From NCBI GenBank assembly GCA_963662275.1, contig OY759316.1, positions 768,001-832,000 on the forward strand: 64,000 bases of DNA, in the 5' to 3' direction. This stretch comes from Candidatus Cloacimonadales bacterium (GTDB taxonomy: Bacteria > Cloacimonadota > Cloacimonadia > Cloacimonadales > DAONDQ01). Of the stretch, positions 40,025 to 50,840 are shown piece by piece; position 1 is the first letter of the stretch; every line of letters starts with the position of its first letter. The position numbers and the translations under genes are program-made. The notes below the pieces were generated by a model. It saw only the letters and a program-made list of their open reading frames with translations. It ran no database searches and had not been told where the DNA came from.

Positions 40025-43000
40025 CTATTTAACTAATACAACTTTCTGAGAAGATTGGTATTTACCAGCGGTCATGTGATAGAAATACACACCACTGCCG
40101 ACTTCTTTCCCGTATTCATCCTGTCCATTCCAGACAACAGAATGGTGACCAGGATTCCATTCCTTTGACGTAAGGGTTTGTAGTTTACGACCTTTAACAT
40201 CATAAATTGTGATATTCACAAAACTTGCTGAAACAAGATCAAAGGAGATATTCGTTTCAGGATTGAATGGATTCGGGTATGCATGATTGAGTTTGGTTGC
40301 AACTGGTATGACATGCGGTGTATTCGGATCACCTTGATCAAGAACCTGAACCATGACCGGTCCAGTGAAATTACTGATTCCGTTTAAATCGATATTTTCA
40401 AGCCAGTAGTAATAGAAATTAGGAGCTATTACGGTAACATCATCAAAGTTGTATGTATGATGAGTGGATGTATTTGTGCCGGTGATAACATCGGTATTCA
40501 AGGTAATTGCGTCACTTAAGTTAGTATTTTGGGAACGTAAGATATTGAAACCGAGATTATCAGTCTCTGACTCAGTTGCCCATTGCAGAGTAACCAATAA
40601 TAGACTTGTTGATGAAATAGCTGTGAAGGAAGACAATTCAACAGGTAAATCCAAATCACTTCCTGTAAGTGTCCAATCTAAACCACCTTTTGTGGCACCG
40701 TTCAAAGTAGTGACACCAAGAACTGTGACAGTACGATACGTACCATGATCAACTGAATTACATGTGGCAACATAATTCCATAGAGATTCTCCGCTAACAT
40801 GATCACGATTGAACACTTCCATATGTGCGGTAGTAGATAATGTGGATGGATATGAAAATGAAATGTCCACTGTTCCGTTGAATGAACCAGTTGTTTCCCA
40901 TGTATGTGCAATGCTTGTAATGCTTCCAACCTGGTGGGTTGTAGAATCTAAACTTACATTTAATGAAGAAATATTATCTGATCCCTGAAAACCAAAATCT
41001 TTGCCGGACAGAGTCAGTACATGGTTGTTCAAAGCTATACTTCCATTGCTAATGATGAGATTTGTGGCAGCTATACTATTGGGTAATGTCACGATATTCC
41101 CAACACCCGGTTCAATAGTCAGTGTATTCACAACGGATGGTATGGAAACTGGAGAAGTCACTGTTTCAATTACATTTGCAGCATTTCCAACATTTCCTCC
41201 GCTTAAAACACCTGTACCAGTATAGATGAATTGATTGGCATCATTATAACTCCCATTCATGATAATATTATAATTTGCCAGTGAAAGAGAGCCTTGGATA
41301 AAAGTAATGTGTTCATTATTATCAACGGTTAATGAGCGATCAAGAGTAAGAGTGTTTCCACTTTCAAGATTAATCGTTATGTTGCCGAGACCTGTACCGG
41401 AAAGTTCGCTTCCTGTCTGCTTATTTATACCGCTATAAATGACTGAATATGGTGAACTTCCCTGGATTGTACCCGTAATGATCCCATTACTTCGTGTAAT
41501 TGTCGAACCACTACCCATTGTTAATGAAGTACCAGCGTTGAAAATGCCGGATACTAAATTGACGTTCCCGTTTGCACTCATTGTTCTTGCTTCACTCAAT
41601 GAGAATGATATTCCGTTAGATGTATTCACTTCGAGGGTTCCTGTGCATAAATCAGGAAAACCCGTACCGCTTACTTGTGTAGAGGTACCATTATATGAAT
41701 AAATAGCACCGAGATTAAAAATACGGCTCGCAGTCTGAACGCTGCCTGATGCCGTTGGATATATCGTAATACCCGATGTGTTAGCGGTTTGTAGGGTAGC
41801 TCCATTGCTGAGAACAAAACTACCAGCACCATTTACATAATTGGTAGCATTGAAAGTGGCTATTCCATTGATTGTTAAGGAATAAGAACCTACATTAAAA
41901 GATCCGGAAGATACTGAGAATGTTCCGTCAACAGCGCATGAACCTGATAAAGTGACTGTGATTGGATTACTAATAGTTAAATTTTGTACATTTGATGGTA
42001 AGCCAGTCCCTGTAAATTGAGCTGTGTTTCCATTATAGATATAATTAGCTCCAGTACTGAGATTTCTGATGGTTGTTTGCACACTTCCAGTATTTCCACT
42101 CGATGCAATACCGGATGTATTCGCAGTTTGAAGAGTAGCTCCACTGTTCAAGACAAAATTTCCTGATCCTGTTACAAAATTGGTGGCATTAAAGATGGCG
42201 AAACCCATTATAGTAAGAGTACTAGATGCAAGAGATAGATTTCCGGATAGTAATTGGCATGAACCCAAAACAGTACATAAAGATGATAGTGTAACATTCG
42301 TCGCATTATTAATGATCAAATCATGTATCGTATTTGGTAAGCCATTCCCTGTAGATTGAGCTAACGTACCATTATAAATATAATTAGCCTGGTTACTGAG
42401 ATTTCTAATGGTTGTTTGAACACTTCCTGTTGATCCGCTTGAAGTAATACCTACCGTATTAGTCGTCTGAAGTGTAGCACCGGCGGCTAGAATAAAACTG
42501 CCTGTTCCGGTAACAAAGTTTGCTGCGTTGAAAATCACAGTTCCATCAATTGTAAGAGTACGTGGAGAAGTGATAGTAACATTTCCTGCACTAAAAGTAA
42601 GTACTCCTTCAACAGTACAATCACCACCCAAGGTGACACTGACAGATGTGCCTGATCTATTGATTGTGAGATTATTTAATGTAGAAACCGAAGGAAGAGT
42701 AACATTTCCTGTACCAGTCACTGAGATATTAGAAGTTGTGCCACCAACTAAAGTACCGGAACCAGAAACGGAACCACCAATAGTCAATGTATTTGAACCG
42801 ATGGCTAATGTTCTAAATAACTGCAGAGTTCCACTGACAGTATATGATCCTGATAAACCGACTCCGCTAATATTGTTGCTGTTTAGGTTCGTGACTGTTG
42901 CCGGTAATCCACTACCTGTTATTTGCGGAGTAGTGCCTAAATAATAGTAAGTGACATTTGAATTAAATGTCCTGGTTCCCGTTGTTTGTATGCAGCCCGT

Positions 43001-44467
43001 ATTATTCCCTGTCATAGCTATACCTTCTGCATGTCTGATATATAATGTTGAACCATTCACCGTTGTAAAAGTTCCGTTTGATCCGCCTAAAACTGTATTG
43101 CTATTTTCGAAATCCATTATCGAACCATTTGTTACTGCGAAATTGATTGTATAACTGATTGTAGCCGTCTCTGAAATTGATATTACCGAATAACTTGTAA
43201 AATTGATGTTATTAGCTAGACCGGATCCTGTTTCCGTTAGAGTTCCACCTGTCATTGTCAGGTTTCCTGCAAGATTGATCACTGCGCTTCCCGTTCCGGA
43301 ACTCATGTTCAAAGTACCACCATTGATAATCAAGCTACCGGTCAAAGCAAGAGTCGATGCAGTATTGGCAATTAAACGAAAGGAACCGGTGTTGGTTGCA
43401 TTCATCGTCAAATTTCCCTTAATCGTAACGAGAGCTGAATTTGCACTAATGTTAGTTGTCTGGTCAGGACAATTCCATTTGAAATTTCCAAAAGTCTGAC
43501 CCAATCCAGTTTGTGTTCCTGAAAAAGTAGTATAGCCCATGATTTCACATGTTGAATTAGCATTCCAGGTAGCAGTGGGAATCAAACCGACAGTCGTAGA
43601 AAAATTGCTCTGGTACAAACTACTGTCTCCAAAAGATAATGACCCAGTCGTAGTGATTGTACCCGCATTATTCCTCAGTGTTCCATTAACTGTCATTGTT
43701 TTACCATTTGCAATTGTCATGGTATAACCACTATTGACATTGATCTGACCGCCGTAATCGATGATAGTATTAGAAGTGGAAACATTGCTTGTAACTGTAA
43801 TCGTATGACCACTGAGAATAGTAATGGAATATGCACTACTTGAAGGTGATAATGTGGCAGTTGCCCAGTAACTAGCATCATGGGATGATTGCCAGCTTCC
43901 GGGCGCAGACCAATTCCCGGAAGATGTATTCGAACGGAAATAGTCCGTTGATAATGATGCAAAATTAGTTATGGTTTGAGTACCACCAGTTCCGGCAGAA
44001 CCGGAAACACCTTCATTTCTCAAGATTATATCTGAAGCCTGAACGGTTGCATACATTGTTTTGGTTGTAACTGCATTAGGGGATATATCTGCAACAATCC
44101 AGACATATTGTGTTGCATGTGAATATATAGGATACCAGAACTGAGACCAGCTATGAACCCCAGGTCCCCCAGTCAGATCTCCACCGAGCTGCGAAGCAGA
44201 ACTAAGGGCATCCGTTGTGCCCCACCATAATTGAAACCTAGTGACATCAGATGATGAGTAAGTTCCATAAGTCGTAAAGTTGAGACCAGTTAGATAAGGA
44301 CTGTAACTATCATCAAGTAAATGGAAATGATAAATTGGTTTTTTTATTGTTCCTTGTGATACATTTGCTGAGGAAACTTGCGAATCTACACTTAACACAG
44401 CGAGAGCAGCACAGAAAGATGATATTCCTAACAAGAGTAAGAGAAGAAACCATAATTTTTTATTCAT
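40025..44467 (-). CDS. Large Ser/Thr/Gly-rich secreted surface protein with internal repeats and FlgD-Ig/T9SS-type C-terminal domain
   Basis: Signal peptide; repeated NATNFVTGxGxFVLxxGATLQTANTSGI...GSVQT blocks; LPVELSSF; AYPNPFNPET...SGVYFY. Confidence 0.85.
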   Translation of the reverse strand: MNKKLWFLLLLLLGISSFCAALAVLSVDSQVSSANVSQGTIKKPIYHFHLLDDSYSPYLTGLNFTTYGTYSSSDVTRFQLWWGTTDALSSASQLGGDLTGGPGVHSWSQFWYPIYSHATQYVWIVADISPNAVTTKTMYATVQASDIILRNEGVSGSAGTGGTQTITNFASLSTDYFRSNTSSGNWSAPGSWQSSHDASYWATATLSPSSSAYSITILSGHTITVTSNVSTSNTIIDYGGQINVNSGYTMTIANGKTMTVNGTLRNNAGTITTTGSLSFGDSSLYQSNFSTTVGLIPTATWNANSTCEIMGYTTFSGTQTGLGQTFGNFKWNCPDQTTNISANSALVTIKGNLTMNATNTGSFRLIANTASTLALTGSLIINGGTLNMSSGTGSAVINLAGNLTMTGGTLTETGSGLANNINFTSYSVISISETATISYTINFAVTNGSIMDFENSNTVLGGSNGTFTTVNGSTLYIRHAEGIAMTGNNTGCIQTTGTRTFNSNVTYYYLGTTPQITGSGLPATVTNLNSNNISGVGLSGSYTVSGTLQLFRTLAIGSNTLTIGGSVSGSGTLVGGTTSNISVTGTGNVTLPSVSTLNNLTINRSGTSVSVTLGGDCTVEGVLTFSAGNVTITSPRTLTIDGTVIFNAANFVTGTGSFILAAGATLQTTNTVGITSSGSTGSVQTTIRNLSNQANYIYNGTLAQSTGNGLPNTIHDLIINNATNVTLSSLCTVLGSCQLLSGNLSLASSTLTIMGFAIFNATNFVTGSGNFVLNSGATLQTANTSGIASSGNTGSVQTTIRNLSTGANYIYNGNTAQFTGTGLPSNVQNLTISNPITVTLSGSCAVDGTFSVSSGSFNVGSYSLTINGIATFNATNYVNGAGSFVLSNGATLQTANTSGITIYPTASGSVQTASRIFNLGAIYSYNGTSTQVSGTGFPDLCTGTLEVNTSNGISFSLSEARTMSANGNVNLVSGIFNAGTSLTMGSGSTITRSNGIITGTIQGSSPYSVIYSGINKQTGSELSGTGLGNITINLESGNTLTLDRSLTVDNNEHITFIQGSLSLANYNIIMNGSYNDANQFIYTGTGVLSGGNVGNAANVIETVTSPVSIPSVVNTLTIEPGVGNIVTLPNSIAATNLIISNGSIALNNHVLTLSGKDFGFQGSDNISSLNVSLDSTTHQVGSITSIAHTWETTGSFNGTVDISFSYPSTLSTTAHMEVFNRDHVSGESLWNYVATCNSVDHGTYRTVTVLGVTTLNGATKGGLDWTLTGSDLDLPVELSSFTAISSTSLLLVTLQWATESETDNLGFNILRSQNTNLSDAITLNTDVITGTNTSTHHTYNFDDVTVIAPNFYYYWLENIDLNGISNFTGPVMVQVLDQGDPNTPHVIPVATKLNHAYPNPFNPETNISFDLVSASFVNITIYDVKGRKLQTLTSKEWNPGHHSVVWNGQDEYGKEVGSGVYFYHMTAGKYQSSQKVVLVK

Positions 44468-44740
44468 AATAAATCTCCTTTATTTGATGAATGGGTCGTT
44501 TATAATAACTAACAAGACAAGTTCACCGCAAATTACAGGAGTATGAAAATTACTAACGATTACTGGGGATAGGTTACAAGAACCTGAAGAGAAAGAAAAC
44601 CAGCTTAAGCTTTCAGATATCATGATATAATCAAATATCAGATCATATTAATCTGTTCTTCACTAAAAAAGTAATGATATTGCATATAAATTAGTATAGA
44701 TGTCAAGAATTTTTTATGGTTATATTTTCTCCAATTTTCC

Positions 44741-46601
44741 GAGACTGTTCAAAATTAACCTCCATTTTACGCAGCCTTATTGGTAGTGACAGAGAAAAAG
44801 TGGTCTAAGTGCGACCAATCCACATTTTCTTGACATATGCGGGAGATATTTAAACTTGCTAAAAGTGATTCCTGACGCATGATTGGTTGACCTTTATCGA
44901 CCAGTTCTTTGAACCAAAGCGAAAACACAAGGTTGCGGGTGGTTTCTTCAGATTTTAGTCCAAATCTACCGGATGTCACCTTCTTGATTTTGCGGTTCCA
45001 GCGTTCAGAGACATTGGAAGTCAAACCTTTGCTGAGGTGTCTCCAATCACTAATGATATTGCTTTTGATGTATTCGGCGGCGGTTGGGGGAGTAATAGCT
45101 GTCAGGCTTGCGATACCCTTTTTCCTTCCGCCCGCCGTTTCTCTTCGGAAAGCTTTCATAATCCTCTTCTTAAAGAACTTGTCCCTGTCTTCAGGGAGAT
45201 GACATTGACTGATTCTTTTGAAGAGATTTCGTATCTTATGGAACTTACAGAGTTGGTAATGGACTTTTGGAAACACTGTTTTTCTTGCAACTGCTAACGA
45301 TTTACTGCCATCACTGACAATCAGGGTTGGATCTTTCCTGTAGAGCTGTCTGAAGGTTCTGAAACATGCTTCGAATGATTCTTTCTTTGTGTCAGGATAC
45401 AACTCACAAAACAGAGGGATGTGAGTCACAAAATCAACAATACTGATGACATAGTACGGAATACCTTTGATCTTCACATATTTCTCATCAATGCTGATCT
45501 TTCCGCTCCACTTACCGATTGAGTTCAGAATCAGGCTCTGCAGGTCAGCGATTTCATGCCAGAGATTTGAGACTGTAGCTTTACAGGTGTTGAGCAGCAA
45601 AGCTATCGTCTCGAAGTTCATACCGCTTCCAACCAGGTAATGTACCAGCAGACACAGGTTCTTGCGTTCCAGACTATGGAACGGCTTTGCATCGGCGGTT
45701 CTATGGGATGTATTGCCTTTAGCAGTCTTCATTTGTTCCAGGAGTCTGTCACAGATAACAGGTGTATTCTGCTGACCGGCAAGCAGTTTCAGCAGATGTA
45801 CAGCATCACCGCCTACTGTCTTTTTCAGAAGAAGCTTCTGAGCTTGCTTAACTACAGACAGAGAATTGACCTGAGAAGCATATTTGCAGAAAGTGGTATA
45901 GGACATTTTAAAATCATGATGGCTGATGAACTCCTGATACATGACATTTAAAGGTAAAAGCAGGTTATTGATAACAAAATTCTCGATCTGAGGAATACAC
46001 TCCAGCAGGTCAACTTTCCGGCTTAAATATGCCAGGATATCATGACCATGCTGCTCAAACTCTTGCCAGAAATTATGTACATTCCTGCGGTCTGCGTAGT
46101 TAAACAGATCAGCTATTTGCTGAAGTGTAAGGAGGTTGTCTCCGCCTATTCCTACTAATAAGCGTAGAAACGCTATTAAGAACTTGTGGTTTGATGTTGT
46201 CTCAGGCAAAGTGAATGAAAATGGTACGTTAATACTTACATGGTATTGGTTACTTTCATGACTAACACTTACCGCTTCTTGAATTGGAGTGTTTTTTTGT
46301 CATAATATCCTCCCTTTTGTTACCAGGTAACAAATGCCATTGAAGCTATAGCAAAAAACTTGTAAAGAACTATTTTATATGATTTTAACTACACATTTAG
46401 TCAGAAACGGCTTCGAAACATTACTTATAATCGCGTGTTTTTCAATTTTAGTCAAAAAGCTTAACTTGTGATTTGGTGTCCTTAGCAGAGCTTATCTGTC
46501 AATTCTGGAAGGTATGTTAAATTATGACCGTTTCGACCACTTTTTTCAACTTGCTACTTTCTAACTTATTGAATATTATGAATAACTTCATGAACAGTCT
46601 C
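44741..46601 (-). mobile_element. Insertion sequence, 1861 bp, 11-bp TIRs GAGACTGTTCA, 8-bp target duplication AATTTTCC
   Basis: TIRs 44741-44751 and 46591-46601; AATTTTCC at 44733-44740 and 46602-46609. Confidence 0.9.
44767..46303 (-). CDS. DDE transposase (IS6-like DEKY motif plus Mutator/IS256-like CxxH); frameshifted in an A7 run just after the likely ATG at 46303
   Basis: IDEKYVKIKG, IVSDGS, QLCKFH, TSNVSERWN; GGAGG RBS before ATG 46303, which is out of frame with the long ORF. Confidence 0.8.
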
Positions 46602-46820
46602 AATTTTCCATAGTTGCAGAACGGAAGACGGAAAATTGAAGATCTAAGATTGATCGAGCAGAAAAAGCAGAGAGGGAAAATGGTGGAAGTAACTATATTG
46701 CATAGTAATTCAGTGATGCTTGGTGAATATTCATTGCCGTTTGAAAGCAGCGTTCCGTAAATTCATTGACATACTTCTTACATAATATTTAATGTTAATA
46801 TAATGTTTTTAGGAGGAATT

Positions 46821-47594
46821 ATGAAAGCCATTTATATCCTGATAATTATCGTACTATGTTGCCAATTGCTGTTTGCTGAAGAAGCCAAGACAGAAATTCT
46901 GTTTCCTGATCATCATCTCTGTTTGGAAGCATCCGGAAAAGTTGTAGTAAAAGCAGATAAAGCCGTGTTCAGTTTCACTTCAACAGGCTATGGCGCAACT
47001 TTACGAGCAGCAGTTACAAATGCAAAAGCCCGAGTTTCTGATCTCACTAAAGATCTCGTTGCCGTGGGTATCACAAATGATAGTTTCTCAACAAGCAGTT
47101 TTACCACTGGGAAGAACCTCAATGCTCCATTATTATCAGATAAAAAAGATTATTCAGCTACGTTGAATACTACTGTTACACTCCGTGATCTGACAAAATT
47201 AGATGAAGCAATCCTGATATTAACGGATAAGAAAGCAGAAAACCTGAGTAATATATCTTACTCTCTAGACGATCAGTCAAAAATACGTCAGCAGGCACGA
47301 GAGATAGCTTTTAATCGAATCTGCGAACAGCGAAATACAATTGTACGTATTTTAGGTGTAAATGTCACCGATGTGCTGTTGATCGACGAAGCTCCTTTTG
47401 ATCAGTTACCGTGGAATACTCAACAAGTATATCGAAGTAAAGGCTATGAAAATGCTTATTCAAATACCGTTACAAGCTATGATAAATCTGAACCTGCTAT
47501 GATGTCACCGGATGCTTTGGGTGGAATATACACACCGGATGTGACAGTAGAAACACAAGTCAGAGTTCTGTACCGCGTCGGGCTTAAACAATAG
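46821..47594 (+). CDS. SIMPL/DUF541 family periplasmic protein
   Basis: Signal peptide; ASGKVVVKADKA, ARE.AF...LGV, VETQVRVLY; AGGAGG RBS. Confidence 0.8.
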   Translation: MKAIYILIIIVLCCQLLFAEEAKTEILFPDHHLCLEASGKVVVKADKAVFSFTSTGYGATLRAAVTNAKARVSDLTKDLVAVGITNDSFSTSSFTTGKNLNAPLLSDKKDYSATLNTTVTLRDLTKLDEAILILTDKKAENLSNISYSLDDQSKIRQQAREIAFNRICEQRNTIVRILGVNVTDVLLIDEAPFDQLPWNTQQVYRSKGYENAYSNTVTSYDKSEPAMMSPDALGGIYTPDVTVETQVRVLYRVGLKQ

Positions 47595-47610
47595 GGATAC
47601 TTCATAGTTT

Positions 47611-47643
47611 CTGGCTGGCTCAGAATGGTTTGATCCAGCCAGT
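47611..47643 (+). terminator. Putative stem-loop terminator after SIMPL gene
   Basis: CTGGCTGG...CCAGCCAG inverted repeat shortly after the stop; no strong U tract. Confidence 0.4.
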
Positions 47644-47885
47644 ACTTCCAAGAAATTCTATTTCGATAAAGCGTATCAGTAATAGCTTATTTTCAAATTA
47701 TGAACAGAGTAACAACTCTTTCTTGACACGAAATTCTTCAATTCATAAACGTTCCTCAAGTTGTGTAACAAAATATACATGATTTTCTTTAGGGACAAAA
47801 TCTATTATTCGTAGTGAATTTATGGTAGTAACTTATGAAAAACTCATGAGTTGATATCAAACTGTTTAAAAAAGGAATTCATGAT

Positions 47886-49952
47886 ATGAAAGAATTTGAT
47901 GTCGATTTTTTCTCTCAATTAGATACTTTAGTGGAAGAAAATCCACCCCAGTTTCTACAAAATTTTGATAACTATGATAATCAGACTATACAGCCCACTG
48001 CTAAAATGAGATTGAAGTATTACAAAGCCAAAGCACTAGTTATGATGCGAGAGTTGGATAAAGCTGAGGTTTTGGTAATTGATCTCTTGGGGAAAGCAGT
48101 TTCTAAAAACGATTATTTTCTTTTAGCGCAATGCAACCTGCTTTTGAGCAAATGCTATAATAAACAAGAAACACGTTTTCGTGTTAAAACTTGCCTGGAC
48201 AATGCTGAAGAATATGCCATTGCTTCTGATGATTTGGAACTGATTGCGGAAGTTTTTAGTCACATAGGTGTTTACTATGCCCATGAAGGGAATGAAAAAA
48301 TTGCTTTAGAATTCTATCTGAAAGCAGTGGCATTAACAAAAAACTCTAAACCATCGATATCAAAAGCAAATATCCTGGCTCGGATTGGATCATTCTATAA
48401 TCATAATTATCAGTATGATAAAGTGATTGAATACTTGAATCAAGCTTTGGAGATAAGTCAAAAAGCTGGAATTGTATTTTTACAATTGCGATTCATCAAT
48501 AATATTGCCACAACTTATACAATGATGAAAAACTATGCCCAGGCAACAGTGCTGCTCTATAAGGGAATCGAAATCTGCAAACTGCATAGTTTTCCTCGGC
48601 AAATGCTGCAACTGCTTTTTAACCTGGGAGTTCAAAATAACTTCTTGAATCAATATCAAAAAGCAATCGATCTCTATGATCAATGTGATAAATTAGCCAA
48701 AGAACACAATTTAGACGATCCCCCCTTTTTACTTGATCTTTACAATAATGTCGCTCTTTGTCATTGGCAATTGGGTCATTCTGAAGAAACCATCCATTAT
48801 ATGAACCTGGCTGAAGAAATTGTAGAGAAGTCTAATAATCTCGCAGAGATTCATGAATTGCGAGTTAATAAAACTAACATTTTGATGAGTTTAGGGCAAT
48901 TATCGGAAGCGAAAGAGATTCTAGAATCTGCAATTAAATTTTATAAAACACACAAGGATTACAAAGCCCTGTTAATTGCTCAAAGAAATCTAGCACAGCT
49001 CTATGAAAAGCAGAATGAGTATCAGAAGAGTATCAGTGTTTATCGGAAAATAGATGAGATTTATAATGATTATATCGACCAGATCCTAAATGAGAAAGCA
49101 AAATCCCATACACAGCAGATCAGAGAATTGACTGAAAAGTATAATCAAATCAATGTGAATTACAACTCCTTGGCAAAATCTTACCAGGATCAACTCACGT
49201 CCGGTTTTGTTGGTCAAAGTGATGCGCACAAGAAAGTATTGAATTCAGCTCTTTTAGCAGCCCAACATCCGAATGCGAATGTTCTAATTATGGGAGAATC
49301 TGGTACGGGTAAAGAAGTAATTGCCAATATTATTCACCAAAACAGCATCCGCAGGAATTCTCCGTTTGTTTCTATTCATCTTCCATCCGTCTCAGCAGAT
49401 TTGTTGGAAAGCGTATTATTCGGACATACGAAAGGAGCTTTTCCTGGTGCCTCGTCCAAAACCAAAGGCTATATTCTGCAAGCAACTAAAGGGACTCTTT
49501 TCCTGGATGAAATTACCGAATTATCCCTTGAATTTCAAGCAAAACTACAACTGATATTAGATTCCAAAAAAGTGACTCCGGTTGGTGGTTCGGAAGAAAA
49601 TCCTTTTGACAGCCGAATTATTTCTTCCTCGGATCGTGATATCTATGAATTGATGCAGTTGAATGAATTTCAAGCTGATCTATTCCATCGCCTCAATGCA
49701 ATTGAAATATATATTCCACCGTTGCGCAGCAGACCGGAAGATATTGAAATGCTGATTTACTACTTTATCAATAAATACGCTCTTGAATCCAACCGCAATA
49801 AACCACAGGTTGATCATTCGTTTATTGAGAAATTAGTTAAGTATCCATTTCCAGGTAATGTGGGCGAATTAAAAAGCATCATAGAGAAAGTATACAATTT
49901 ATCGGATTCGAATGTTTGGGATGAAAGTATCCTTGAATCTGTGTGCAATTAA
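47886..49952 (+). CDS. TPR-repeat protein fused to a degenerate sigma54-interaction AAA+ domain, no HTH
   Basis: TPR-like helices; GESGTGKE, LFGHTKGAFPGA, LFLDEI, FPGNVGEL. Confidence 0.85.
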   Translation: MKEFDVDFFSQLDTLVEENPPQFLQNFDNYDNQTIQPTAKMRLKYYKAKALVMMRELDKAEVLVIDLLGKAVSKNDYFLLAQCNLLLSKCYNKQETRFRVKTCLDNAEEYAIASDDLELIAEVFSHIGVYYAHEGNEKIALEFYLKAVALTKNSKPSISKANILARIGSFYNHNYQYDKVIEYLNQALEISQKAGIVFLQLRFINNIATTYTMMKNYAQATVLLYKGIEICKLHSFPRQMLQLLFNLGVQNNFLNQYQKAIDLYDQCDKLAKEHNLDDPPFLLDLYNNVALCHWQLGHSEETIHYMNLAEEIVEKSNNLAEIHELRVNKTNILMSLGQLSEAKEILESAIKFYKTHKDYKALLIAQRNLAQLYEKQNEYQKSISVYRKIDEIYNDYIDQILNEKAKSHTQQIRELTEKYNQINVNYNSLAKSYQDQLTSGFVGQSDAHKKVLNSALLAAQHPNANVLIMGESGTGKEVIANIIHQNSIRRNSPFVSIHLPSVSADLLESVLFGHTKGAFPGASSKTKGYILQATKGTLFLDEITELSLEFQAKLQLILDSKKVTPVGGSEENPFDSRIISSSDRDIYELMQLNEFQADLFHRLNAIEIYIPPLRSRPEDIEMLIYYFINKYALESNRNKPQVDHSFIEKLVKYPFPGNVGELKSIIEKVYNLSDSNVWDESILESVCN

Positions 49953-50834
49953 TTTAGAATAGTATAAGGCACCTTCATTATTCAGATGCGGTATATCAGC
50001 GAAATATGCTGTCTTATTAAAAGTTGGAGAATTGTAATAATCCCACACTTCTAGATTAAATTCAGAAGCAATTTGCTTTGTGAGTTGAACTGTATCAAAT
50101 TGAAACGGATATCGTACTGGAGAAATAGCAATCACAAGTTGAATTTTGTTGGACTGGCAGATTTCAATAAAATTCTTCAGGATCTCCACTTTTTGAGGAT
50201 CAATTTGTACTCGAACTCCCACTTTTGGCTTTGGAATACCAGGTTTCATTGTCGTATAAAGCGGATCATACCCATTCAATAGTTTAGGTCCAATTTTTAA
50301 CAGATGTTGGAGAATAGAAGCCGGTAAGGAATTATACCGATATAACATGGAAATATCACTTTTCAGGACTTCTCTTGAGTTAAGTTTCTTCAATTCCCGT
50401 CTTACTTCCGGAAAGTCTGAGGCATATGGCAGTAACGCGCTGACGAGAATAGGTATTTTGTGATCTTTTGGATCATCCTTGAATAATTCATAGGGGTTGA
50501 CATCAAGAATAATGATTTTGGGTTGATAGCGACTAACCACGGATTTGAGGATAATATCAGAATACCGGATATCCATACCATCCCTGCCAAAGTTATATAC
50601 AGACATCCCTAATGAATCGGCAAACACCTGTGGTACATAATGATGATTTGCCCTGGAACTACCAAAAATTAATATATCTTCTTTACAATTCCTCAGAGCA
50701 TAGGTAGTTACGGATGAGTCTCCCCTTTCTTCAAGATAAAAAAAGTGTTTAATTACGAGTCCTAATCCTCTATCAAGAATGACAATAATAAAAATGAGGA
50801 TAAACAGGTTTCTAAAAAACTTCTTCACCTTCAT
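49899..50834 (-). CDS. SGNH/DltD-like membrane-anchored protein partnered with MBOAT
   Basis: N-terminal TM; IFGSSRA (Ser), FADIPHLN (DxxH). Confidence 0.7.
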   Translation of the reverse strand: MKVKKFFRNLFILIFIIVILDRGLGLVIKHFFYLEERGDSSVTTYALRNCKEDILIFGSSRANHHYVPQVFADSLGMSVYNFGRDGMDIRYSDIILKSVVSRYQPKIIILDVNPYELFKDDPKDHKIPILVSALLPYASDFPEVRRELKKLNSREVLKSDISMLYRYNSLPASILQHLLKIGPKLLNGYDPLYTTMKPGIPKPKVGVRVQIDPQKVEILKNFIEICQSNKIQLVIAISPVRYPFQFDTVQLTKQIASEFNLEVWDYYNSPTFNKTAYFADIPHLNNEGALYYSKLIAHRFKDTFIPNIRIR

Positions 50835-50840
50835 CTTCCT

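Noticed and set aside
44468..44700. Riboswitch in the long leader of the secreted protein
   Set aside because: Only short hairpins; no recognisable aptamer consensus by eye. An Rfam scan would be needed.
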